From Oscillospiraceae bacterium (lineage in GTDB: Bacteria; Bacillota; Clostridia; Oscillospirales; Oscillospiraceae): 64,000 nucleotides of DNA. Shown here piece after piece: positions 26,701-36,700 of the stretch; position 1 is the stretch's first letter; the number at the start of each line of letters is the position of its first letter. The stretch lies in contig JAFSET010000034.1 in the NCBI GenBank assembly GCA_017435615.1, positions 2,772 through 66,771 of the forward strand. Reading direction: 5' to 3'. The notes under the pieces were generated by a model. It worked only from the letters and a program-made list of their open reading frames with translations, did no database searches and was not told where the DNA came from. A program made the position numbers and the translations under genes.

Positions 26701-29063
26701 ACCTTCAGAACAAACGCGCCCTCAACACCAGACACACCGATAAACACACTGGGACCCACATTGGCACAAGTCCATGTGACAGTATTGGAGGTACTGTTTG
26801 GATTGTTCAGGTAAGAGGAGCTGTAGCCCCAAATGCCTGCAAGTGCCCCCTCAGGAGCTGTGAATGTATAAGTGCCGACTTCTGTGGGGGTGAATTTGAA
26901 AATGGTAGCTTCCGCAGTGTCCAGCATGGTCAGGTTGTTTACGCCGGCCACCAGTTTGGTGGTGGAAACCTCGTAAGGCTTTTTCTCCGGCTCTGTAGGC
27001 TCTGTTTCGCCGGTTACCTCATCCGGAGTAAATGTCACCGTAAAGGACACGGTACCATCCACATTGTCGGCTTCTACAGAACTATAGGCGTAGAAGATGA
27101 TCTTCCAGTTACCTGCAACATTGTGATAGTCACATTCTTTACCGGCTGTATACTGGGAGCGATAGCTACTCTCCACGCCGTCAGGGCTGATAACCTTATA
27201 ACGCCAGCCGGGGCTGCACTCACCTACAGAAACGTGCAGCGTGCCGGAAGTTTCAGCGGTATAGGTATAGGTATAGCCGCTGGCGGTTACCGCCTGGTTG
27301 GTCACACTGAAAGGTGCATCGGGATCCACAGGCTCAGTAGGCTGAGGATCAGAGGGCTCTGTGATTTCAGGCTCGGAAGCTTCCGGCTCTGTAGCCTCAG
27401 GCTCAGTGACTTCAGGCTCAGTGACTTCAGGTTCCGTAACCTCAGGCTCCACTGCGCCGCCGGCGGGGGTAAAGACCACCATCACAGGTGTATCAGCCAA
27501 CGCTCCGCCGGATGCGTTCCAAACGCGGATCTGGTACTTGGTATTTGCGCTGACCTCGGCAGTATAGGTGGTCTGCGCACTGCCTTCGCCGGAGCTGATA
27601 GCCGTAAAGGTCAAACCTACTACACTTCTCAGGTCAAATGCCCAATTGGTAGAGCCGTCACCGATTGTAATGGTAAGGGTGCCATCCTCAGCAGGCGTAT
27701 AGGAGTAAACATACTTAGAACCGGAGCTTGCGGTCACCTTATCGTTGAGCAGGACCTGTCCACTGACAGGCTCAGTCGCCTCAGGCTCTGTATCCTCAGG
27801 CTCCGTGACTTCGATCTCAACGCGGGAAATCTCAGCACCGCAAACGGTGCAGGAGGTAACCATAAAGCCATCCGTCTCCACAGCTTCGCCTTCCGTATGG
27901 GCAGGCTCGCAGGTGAACAGCAGATCTGTCCAGGAGGTCAGATAGTTATCTGTGACCCAGCCCTTGATCTCGGAAAGCTGAGGCAGTGCCTGATACAGGT
28001 CTTCCGTCAGGGGGTAGAAGCTGCCAACATCCGTGTACGCCATCAGGGCGTTGGTGTAATCGATACCGGTATTGGCATGGCCGATAATATTGCCCTCTTC
28101 ATCATAGTAATACTGCACATAACGGGCAGCACCGTTTCCAAGCATTGCGGAAATGCTGCATTCTGTGAGCGTAAAATTCACAAAAACCAGACTTCCGTCA
28201 GCAGTATAGTAAAAGCCGTCCTGACCCAATGTCAAAGCAGTGGATTCATTTACATTATAAACAGCACCGGCAAGCTTATAGCAGGCAATGCTGCTTGCCA
28301 CGGGGGTATGTACATTTTCATAAATCGTATACTGAATGGAATTGTCCACATATTCCCCGGTCTTCTCCACATTCACCGTAACAGTTCCGGTCACACCGGA
28401 AATGCCGATGTATGCGCTCTGTCCGACGCTGGAGCAGGTCCAGGTGCAGGAATTGGTGGTATTTCCGGGATTAGAGAGGAACCAGGAGCCGGCACCCCAG
28501 TAGCCGACCACAGAGCCCTCAGGGCCGGTGAAGGTATATTCTGCGGCTTCCTCAGGCTCAAACACGAAAATCGTGGTAACAGCGGTATCCAGCATGGTAA
28601 CGCTGTTGCTGCCCATGGCCAGCGCGGCATCGGAAACTTCATATTCCGCAACTTCTACCACGCCGCTGTCCTCAGCAGGCACAAAACTCAGGGTATAGGT
28701 GATGGGGCCGGTAGCCACATCCCAGGTTGACGTGCTAAAGCCGGTGGCTGTAAAGGTATATGTCTGATCCTTTACCAGCTCGAAGTCCGCACTTTTCTCA
28801 GTGGAACCGCTTTTCGGCAAACCAACGGTGTTTCCGGACGCATCCGTAATGGTGTAGCTCCAGCCAGGGCTTGTCTTGCCCATGGTTACCGTCAGGGTTC
28901 CGTTGGATGCGGCTGTCCAGGTATACACCACCGGGCTGGCGGCAGAGGCAACCACATCTGTACCGCTGGTAAGCACCTCGGCTGCGGTGTCCGCGGAAGC
29001 GGTAAACGCAGTCATGGAAAGGAGCATTGTAACGACCAGCAGCATACTGATTACTCGTTTCAT
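23736..29063 (-). CDS. Large secreted modular surface protein with internal domain duplications and PTEPE linkers (~1775 aa)
   Basis: Start moved to MKRVISMLL (AAGGAGG RBS); signal peptide; repeated beta-rich modules; Pro/Glu/Thr linkers. Confidence 0.88.
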   Translation of the reverse strand: MKRVISMLLVVTMLLSMTAFTASADTAAEVLTSGTDVVASAASPVVYTWTAASNGTLTVTMGKTSPGWSYTITDASGNTVGLPKSGSTEKSADFELVKDQTYTFTATGFSTSTWDVATGPITYTLSFVPAEDSGVVEVAEYEVSDAALAMGSNSVTMLDTAVTTIFVFEPEEAAEYTFTGPEGSVVGYWGAGSWFLSNPGNTTNSCTWTCSSVGQSAYIGISGVTGTVTVNVEKTGEYVDNSIQYTIYENVHTPVASSIACYKLAGAVYNVNESTALTLGQDGFYYTADGSLVFVNFTLTECSISAMLGNGAARYVQYYYDEEGNIIGHANTGIDYTNALMAYTDVGSFYPLTEDLYQALPQLSEIKGWVTDNYLTSWTDLLFTCEPAHTEGEAVETDGFMVTSCTVCGAEISRVEIEVTEPEDTEPEATEPVSGQVLLNDKVTASSGSKYVYSYTPAEDGTLTITIGDGSTNWAFDLRSVVGLTFTAISSGEGSAQTTYTAEVSANTKYQIRVWNASGGALADTPVMVVFTPAGGAVEPEVTEPEVTEPEVTEPEATEPEASEPEITEPSDPQPTEPVDPDAPFSVTNQAVTASGYTYTYTAETSGTLHVSVGECSPGWRYKVISPDGVESSYRSQYTAGKECDYHNVAGNWKIIFYAYSSVEADNVDGTVSFTVTFTPDEVTGETEPTEPEKKPYEVSTTKLVAGVNNLTMLDTAEATIFKFTPTEVGTYTFTAPEGALAGIWGYSSSYLNNPNSTSNTVTWTCANVGPSVFIGVSGVEGAFVLKVETDVQPTEPEVTEPEVTEPTDPEPTEPEPTVPSIPDEDVPAGTYYSITVDGNTTYYSSSSGSALNQNLKKITGSAYVKFYQDMTLGSSYTVDVYNGNITLDLNGCTITSEFKGAGCLYVDGGNVILVDTSADGSGLLQNTSTGFGIEVYSGSVTMLSGNAQGVQGAKVWAAASFEMQGGTVSGNNYGINALADSAVTISGGEIIQLTTGSFKYALYAASTATMKITDGYFNGAISGSGLNGKISGGYFTTQINTTYVASGCELQENEDAVYLWKVYDPNAVPEEPEPTEPEPTETEPTEPEPTETEPTEPEPTEPEPTEPEPTVTEPSEPEPSEEQPSEPETTEPVSGVITSGTNVAATAAEPIIYTWTAEADGTLTVTMGAATPGWRFTVSNSSGETVGLPKSGKTEMSVEYMLTAGETYTFRAVGFNSASWDEVSANLTYTLTFQPAETGGEVEMAEYEVSETALVLGNNTLTLLETAVTTIYVFEPAEMGVYTFTAPAGAILGYWGAGSWFLSDPGSTTNTYEWTCTGVGQSAYIGVSGAEGSFNLNVEKTGEYEVVVIPTVVYENKAPLSAFTLPEGSKLGSYIDVTSEEVFTAVLGEDGYYHLNSADGDIILVDLDYQDIILSAALQSDRPVMYAYTTDEDGNQVKYDIGNAVLEYEKVMDANGYYPLTEDLILFYDVYGNGAGIYTFHISGSYNADNAWMYCMRTVQFPEEPESVVDRWNLVLDDDLLVNFYVNAEEGAQVQVSFAGETVTYATSDLQVADDGKYIVPVRVSAAQMTEAITVQIVGSDAEAESYTVRQYANAVLADSELSAYHALIREMLNYGGAAQTYFQYNTENMANADIADAGEASIPEAADEMVVTDASETVGFYGAAMVYRDKIAVRFYFSGDISGCTFTDANGNSYTAAEKDGKYYVEIADILPQDMDQQLTLTVTDADGSAVSVTYGPMNYIVRMNAKGSDSLKALLKALYNYHLAAKELRTAV
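25660..25860 (-). repeat. 15-bp coding tandem repeat (PTEPE/PTETE linker)
   Basis: Repeated GGCTCGGTGGGCTCG-like units; similar tracts near 26610-26690 and 27330-27450. Confidence 0.8.
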
Positions 29064-29347
29064 TGTTTCATCCTCCTTAATTTCATTTGTGCTCAACGTA
29101 AAGCCATTTGTCCTTATATCGCACACAAATATAATTAGAAATTATAGCACTGCATGGGTCATATTGCAAGAAAAATTAATTTTTTGTAAGAAAATCACAT
29201 ATTTCTTTGAGGTTTTTACTCTTTTTTATCACATTTGTACAATCATTTTAGTTTTTTATTATGTGATACAGTAAAAAAGCAATCAAAAAATACGATTAAT
29301 TTGGCCAAACGAAAGAATATCCTTGTTTTTTACATAAAAAATCTGGA

Positions 29348-29373
29348 GCGTGCTGCCTGTTTTGGCAGCACGC
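29348..29373 (-). terminator. Probable terminator hairpin
   Basis: GCGTGCTGCC/GGCAGCACGC stem just after the 29383 stop. Confidence 0.55.
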
Positions 29374-29382
29374 CCCTTTGGG

Positions 29383-30207
29383 TCATCCGTTGGTAGTGGT
29401 ATAGCAGGAGCAGGCTTCCTGCCTGTCACAATTTCTTGGGGCAAAACGATCTGCCGGGAACGGGATCCGGGCAAACATCTCACAGGGGTCCTCCCCTGCT
29501 CCGGGACTGTCGCAGCATTCCTTGCAGGGCAGGCTGTAATCCAGCACCGGCACCACCAACTGTGCGTCACGCTCCAGGCGAATGATGGAGAACTGTCCCA
29601 GGCTTACATACAGGCGGCGACTTTCTCCGCTGACCACCAGCTCCTCGTCGAACACCTCCAGGATGCCCTGGGGAATTTGCGCTACATTGCCGTCCTTGCA
29701 CTCGCATACCTCCCGCACCCGGGAAGAAAGCACCATAGGATCCAGCACCTCTACTACAGCGGTAGGAAGGTTGGTGGAGAAGGCAGTCAGGCCGTCGGGG
29801 TGATTGAGTCTGGTTCTGCTGGTGAAGATCTTGGCTGTGCTTTCCTCGCCGCACAGCACAGCCCGTTTGGAGAATACGGCCAGGCCGCTCAGGGCCGCAG
29901 GCCGGCAGCTCCCAACCACCGCGTCTGCCAAAACACGGTAATAGAAGGTTACATCAATACAGTAGTGATTGGGATCGAAAGCCACAGGCTCTACATCAAT
30001 ATAGGTATAGATCAGATCCGCGCAGCGTACCTTTGCGGTAGCGGCGCCATCGAGTACTTGCTGTGAGGATCTGGTCAAATAGACCCGAAGGTCCTCAATA
30101 CAGTCCTTATCCCGGCAGCTATCGGTGATCTTCTTGGTGTGGATCGACAATGCATCCGGCCGGTCATCTCCGCAGCAGACTCCGTGCTCCTGTACACGAT
30201 CAGACAT
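29383..30207 (-). CDS. Cys-rich hypothetical protein (possibly spore-associated)
   Basis: 274 aa, GGGAGG RBS, KKITDSCRDKDC and LYVSLGQFSIIRLER; no signal peptide. Confidence 0.75.
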   Translation of the reverse strand: MSDRVQEHGVCCGDDRPDALSIHTKKITDSCRDKDCIEDLRVYLTRSSQQVLDGAATAKVRCADLIYTYIDVEPVAFDPNHYCIDVTFYYRVLADAVVGSCRPAALSGLAVFSKRAVLCGEESTAKIFTSRTRLNHPDGLTAFSTNLPTAVVEVLDPMVLSSRVREVCECKDGNVAQIPQGILEVFDEELVVSGESRRLYVSLGQFSIIRLERDAQLVVPVLDYSLPCKECCDSPGAGEDPCEMFARIPFPADRFAPRNCDRQEACSCYTTTNG

Positions 30208-30390
30208 AACAATTCCTCCCGATAATGATTTGGGAAACCATAAAGCTCCGCCGTTGCCGGACAGACCCTATGGCTTATAGGACAGTTTATGCTGGCATTT
30301 CAAAATGGTGCCTTTTCGTGACACTGTACAATGCGCTTAAATCGAAATCTAACGAATACACCCGGGATGGTATCCCGGAATTGTAATGTA

Positions 30391-30595
30391 TAAATTCCAG
30401 TTTTTCGAGCAGATTGCCCTGACGGGCAATGGTATTCTTCGAATACCGGGGAAACAGATTGCCACACCAGTTTGCGAACTGGCTCGCAATGACAGGGGTT
30501 TTTTGACAGACTGACCAGTGACATAGGTCACTGGTTCGCAATGACACATCGGTAGGTTTTGCATAGTTCGAACAGCTCGAAAAATTGGAATTTAG
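30391..30595. mobile_element. Second MITE type with 20-bp TIRs, containing the right end of the hairpin-targeting MITE
   Basis: TAAATTCCAGTTTTTCGAGC (30391-30410) versus GCTCGAAAAATTGGAATTTA (30576-30595), 19/20 inverted match; internal TTTTGACAGACTG end at 30501-30513. Confidence 0.75.
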
Positions 30596-30735
30596 CATGG
30601 TGCTTTGGATGCCGGGTTTGGGTTTTACTTTTTTTGATCCAGCAGGCTGATTGTTTTCTGGAAATTGTTGCCATTTGAAAATAGATGTGTTATATTTATA
30701 ATGGTATATTATTAAACAAACAGGAGGACATTGTA

Positions 30736-33700
30736 ATGAAAAGCGTACAGAGAATTCTTGCCGGTATATTGGTTCTTGTGTTGCTACTGACCAATATTCC
30801 CGTGCAGGCTTTGGCCCATGGGACAAGCGACAGTCAGCAGAGCTCGGACACTGCTGCAGAAACCACGACCAGTGTTGTGACAGACAGCCAACAGGCTGTG
30901 GTCGATGTGAAACAGGAAGAGCCTGTGTGTACGGTACCGCGCGAACCCGAGGCCTCTGCGCCTGCGGACACTATACCTGCTGAACCGGAAGCTACTAAGC
31001 CCGCAAGCAAATCTCCCACCGAACCAAATGTAGCTACCCCCGCGCACGGTACATCTGCAGAGGTGAGAGCATCTTGGCCTGCAGGCGTAAGTACCTTCGG
31101 CTCCTTACTATACCAAATCACTGGCGGGCAGGTAACTATAATAGGCTGCGATACCGCTGCCACTGGCGAATTAGTGATCCCGGACACCATTGAAGGCTGT
31201 CCTGTGACCAGCATTGGAGGTTGGGCGTTCGTACACTGCAAAAGCCTGACCTCGGTGATTATCCCGAACTGCGTCACCGCCATTGGCGAGGATGCGTTCT
31301 ATGACTGCGATTCCCTGACCAGCGTGACCATCCCCGACAGCGTCACCACCATTGACAGGTATGCATTCTCTTCCTGCAACACCCTGACCAGCGTGACCGT
31401 CGGCATCAGCGTTACCACCATTGGCAATTATGCATTCTCTGACTGTCCTAATCTAACCTCTGTGACGATTCCGGACAATGTCACCAGCATTGGAAACTAT
31501 ACGTTCCGTAATTGTAATCAATTGACCATTAGAGCAGTTCCCGCTTCTTACGCGTGGACCTACGCAGAGGAACACAACATTCCGTTTTTTCCTCTGGTTA
31601 CAATTCAGGATCTTCTTCGCCTGAACATCAAGAACGAGGAGGGCAATACCGTCCGGGAGGGTATCCGTGTAAACTGGTATATCCCGGAGGAAAGCACGCC
31701 CATTGCCACCGGCACGGTTTTGAGCAATTTGGAAACCGGTACCTATGAATATGAGATCATAGTGGATCCGTCTCTGGTTTTTACCTACATTCAGCCCCAG
31801 AGAGGCTCCGTGGATTATGAAGGCGGTACTGTCGATATTGAACAGATTTTAGAGTCTGTGGGACAGGTGCAGATCAGCGGTATCGTGACCAACCAGGAGG
31901 GCGCGCCCATTAAAGGGGCAACGCTCTGCCTGACCCAGGTAAGCTGCAATACAGAACGGACTGTTACCGCTACAACCGCCGCTGACGGAAGCTACGCCCT
32001 GGATGTGTATGCTGTAGCGGTTTCCGGCACTTTGTCTGCCAGCGGTTATTACAGCAGAGCGGTGAATTTGAACCTGAGTAAGGATATGCCCCAATACACC
32101 CTCAACGCCGCATTAAGTCCTCTGCCCAGCAACAAGATTACCCTGAGCCTGTATGTGCAAAAAACCGGCAGTGACAATTATGAGGTCCTTTCCTATAACG
32201 AGGTGGACCTTCAGCTTCAAATTAAAAATCTGACCTCCGGCACATACATAACGAATTTTGAATTCCAGTCCGGCAATTTGGTGATTGCCGGTGATGAAGC
32301 GTCCCCGGCGGATACCCTGCAAATTACCGCCACAGATCCCACCGGTGCCATGCTGGCAGAGCCTGTGGAGGTCACCCTGGATCAGCAGAAAAACGGCAGC
32401 GCATCCATTTATTTCCTGGAAAGGGGCCAGATCGTGATCAAGCAGCTTACCGGCTGCGAGGATAAGCTTTTGATGCTTTTTGATGCCCAGGGCAAATTTC
32501 AGAAGGCCCAGAGCGTAACCTCCGGCTATACCAGTGAAGCACTGGCCGCAGGACAGTATACCCTGGTGTTGCTTCAGAAGACCGGTCTGCTTAGAAGTGT
32601 GCCTTCTCTTTCCGCGTTGAAACAATATGGCCTGGTGGCAGGCACGGACTACGCCCGCACCACCGTCACTGTGGAAAATGGCGTTTTAACACAGCTTGAC
32701 AGTGTTTTTGTCCCGGCACTGGATCTAAGCAAGCTGTATTACACTGTGGAGGAAAACACATATTTTACAGCAAGCAAGTCCTTAGCCTTCGCAGGTGAAT
32801 ACATCGTCCTGCGTGTAGCCTACGAAATCGACAGCAAATTCCCATCCTCCGGCCAACAGGTCCACATCCGTCTTCCCGAACAATTGACCTTTGAAGGGAG
32901 CAGTCTGACCTTAGACGGCAAGGCCCATCCTTATACCCTGGACAGCAACGAGCTGATAGTGAACACCAACCGGCGCAAGGGCGTGATCCGGTTCTATATT
33001 GCGGCCACCAGTGCAGGCAATTATCAAATTCAGGCCGATCTTTCCTTTATGAGCGGTGGAGACCGACTGCTCCAACCCTTGGGCAGTGTGGAGGTCAAGA
33101 CGGTGGCTGCCCATTTGGAGCTGCCGAAGAAAACCTGCAACGGACAAATCACGGTCACAGGAAAGGCTATGCCCGGCAGTACCATCATTTTTTACGATAC
33201 AGGTGTACAGATCGGCACCGCCACCTCCAACGGCGTAGGAAGCTTCTATGCAACACTTCCTCTGGATCTTGCAGGCAAGCTCTCCTATCACCAGATCTCC
33301 GCAACCGTCTCCAATGAACGCCTGGACCAGCCGCTGGCAGTGGAGAGCCAGCTCGTAATCAACGACGAAAGTTTGACACAGGTATCTAAGATCACAATGG
33401 TCAACACCGGTGATAACGGTGAAAATATCAGCATCTTTAATATGGTAAACCCAGGACCTGCCCCCCAATATCGGTTCTTTCCGGGCAGATATCCGAAGTT
33501 TACCTTTATTGTGGAGTTTGAGGGTGACGGTGCAAACAGAGCGGAAAAAGTGAATGTGATTACTGTTTCCTCTTCCGGAGACGAGACCGTTGTTCCCTGC
33601 TTCTACGACGAGGTCAACGACCGCTGGGTGGGAACCCACAACTATTACTCAATCAACGATGCGCCTGTCAGTGTAACCGCAACCTATGACATTGCGGCAC

Positions 33701-36700
33701 AGGATGATGAGAATTCTGTCCTGCAACTGGATATGGATCTGCTCAACGCCTATGCAGAGCGTTTTGAGGACGATATTTACGGCGATTATGATCTTTCTGA
33801 TTATGATGACGATGCGGTAATTCCGGAAGATTCTGATGAAGGAGAAACCACAACCCTTGAACAGTTCATTCGGAACGTAGAGCAGATTAACAGTGAGGTT
33901 GAGCAGCTGTTCAACGATATCTATTACGCGAAACAGACGCATTTTGCCCAGTATGGCATTGTCTATGAAGAAACCGACAATTCTGTCAGCTATGAGATTG
34001 ATGGCACAAAGCTCGTTTTCTCCTACGAAGACCTAACAGGCATCACTGAGGAGGAACTCTTAAACGACGGCTATACACTGATGGCTGCAGGCGACGGCAC
34101 ATCCGTATATCAGAGAGCTCTGGGAAATGAAGGTATGGATATTGTGACCTTCCAGGTCACCGCCGACGGTGTGGAGGCCCTTCGAAATTCTACCACCATT
34201 ACCCAGCAGACGCAAACGCGCAACGCCTTTACGGAATCGGTTACTGATCCGTCTTTTGCATACAACACAGTGCTCGACGCATGTAGTACGTTGTATGACG
34301 CTGAGCTTGAAGCCCGGGCTGCGCGCCTGAACAGCCTCGTCGAACGATATGATGAGCAGCTTCAGCAATCCAGAAAGGCTATGATGAAGGCCGAAACGGA
34401 AGCACAGTGGAAAGCTTTTCAGGATCAGAGAAGGCCGGTCATGCAAGCTCGTGCAAAAGCCAACTTGAAGCTGGGATCAACATTAAGGGAAGCCGGCAAG
34501 CTGAAGCTTGCAGGAAAAATCGCTCCCGCTTTTGCTTTTTGGCAGACCTATCAGACCTTTAGAGATCTTGAGAATCAGTTGGCATCTGTTCTAAGCCGTC
34601 TTCCTGCATTAGAAGACTGCCCGGAGGATATGATCCAACATGTGAATATCGATAACGCCGGAAGACAACTGAAAAACGACATAAGCAAAGCATATTGGTT
34701 ATGTACCGTTGCGGACGGCGGCTGCTTTGCCATGACCTTTACGCCCGCTGGCTTCTTACTGTCCACCGCAGTTGGTCTTGCTGTGTCAACGGCACAAAAC
34801 AGCACAGTGTCAAATCTTGAACAGCGAATACGCCAGTTGGACCGTCAAATTGACACTCTGGACTGCAACGGAGACGGTGAGCCAGACACACCATACGGAA
34901 GTCCCTTCGGAAACTATGCCCCGGCCCAGCCAACTCGTGTGGTCATCGACCCCTCCGGGTATGTATATGAGGCTGTGCCCTCCAACCGTGTAGAGGGCGT
35001 CAAAGCAGAGGTATACTACTTAGGTTATGCGCTGGATGAGTGGGGCGTTCCCAAGGAGGAGCCGGAGGATATTCTGTGGGATGCGGAATACTACGATCAG
35101 GTCAACCCTCTCTACACCGACGAGCTGGGTATGTTCCAGTGGGATGTTCCCGTAGGTCAGTGGCTGGTGAAGTTCTCCAAGGAGGGCTACTATGACACCG
35201 ACAGCCGCAACGATCCTGCCGCTGACAATGACGGCTACCTGCCTGTGCCCCCTCCCCAGGTGGAGGTAAATACCGCCATTGTATCCAAGGCCGCGCCTGT
35301 GGTGGAGCAGGTCAACGTCTATGACGATCAGGTGCAGATCATCTTCAGTCAGTATATGCAGCTAAATACTGTTAATACAGGTAATGTTACCGTACTCAGC
35401 AACGGCAAAGCCATCAGCGGTACCATCGCACCTGCCAATGCAGAGTATAACTATGAACAAACTACCCAATACGCCTCCATCTTCATCTTTACCCCCAATG
35501 AGGCACTGGGTGCCAACGCAGATGTGCAGATCCGTGGCTGCGTCAACTATGCAGGCAAAGCTATGGCCGCACCTTATGCTATGTCCGGCACTGTGACCTA
35601 TCGCCCCGAAAGCATCGATGTCGGAGAAAACCACAGCGTTCTTTGGAACAGCGAAAGCGTTCTGCCTCTGCAGATCCTGCCTGCCCAGGCAGGTGCAAAT
35701 CAGACCCTTTCTGTGCAGGTCCATTCCTCTATGCTCCTGAAGTCCTCCGCACAAATCGTTACAACGGATGAAAACGGCAGAGCAAATGTGACCCTGACCG
35801 GTCTGCTCCCCGGCAGCTCCGATGTGACCGTGAAGTTAGAGGGCACCGACATTCAGACCACCTTCAGCGTGGCAGTGAAGCAACCTGAGCCGGAGGTGCA
35901 GACCTGTGCCAAGGTGACAGCAAGCCTGCCCAGCGGCTCCGTGGTGATGTCCGGCACACAGCTAAGCCTTTCCACAGAAACCGAAGACGCACAGATCTAC
36001 TACACCCTGGACGGCACCTGCCCCTGTGTGGTGGACAGCCCCTCCAGAATTCTGTACACCCAGCCTATCGAGCTGCACGAAGACACCTTCCTGATTGCCT
36101 ACGCCGTGAAGGAGGGCATGAAAGACAGTGCCACAGCAGGCTTTATCTACCAGGTGCAGGATGGGCCTGACGTCAACGAAGATCAAAGCTACAAGCTGTA
36201 TATGGATAACGGCGCCAAGCTGTACTTCAACGGCCAAACCGAATCGGAGGAGGTTACCTTCCGGCTCGGTGCCACTGACAACGCCGACGAGGCTGTGGAT
36301 GTATATCTGGAGGAGGCCGACGGCGGTTACCGTCTGTACTTTATGGACGGCGAGAACAAGGTCTACATCCGCATCTATGAGCGCATCGACGATGCTCCCG
36401 GCTATGGCAAGGGCTCTTTGGAGCTGGTCGACTATCCGCCCGAGGAATTGCTGAGCGTTGACTCTGTCACCGGCACGCTGTTCTATATGGCGCCCAGCGG
36501 TAAAAACTCCTACTATATGGGCACCTATGGCAGCTACAGCACCTTCAGCATTTCCAACACCTCCTACATCACCGGCGAAAACGCCGGCAAGGTGGGCATC
36601 AGCCAGTTCCCGGCGAAGCTGGAGGGTCTAAGCAGTGAAATTCCCTCTCAGCCCATCCCCCCGTTGCCGGAGGAGGCAGTTTTTGAAGACTATACTTATT

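Noticed and set aside
23676-28730. Long + strand ORFs of 769 and 837 aa
   Set aside because: Antisense shadows of the surface-protein gene; no RBS or recognisable motifs
30287-30826. Small ORFs at 30287-30826, 23449-23679 and 55081-55378 as possible transposases
   Set aside because: They are translations of the palindromic repeats; no DDE or HUH motif
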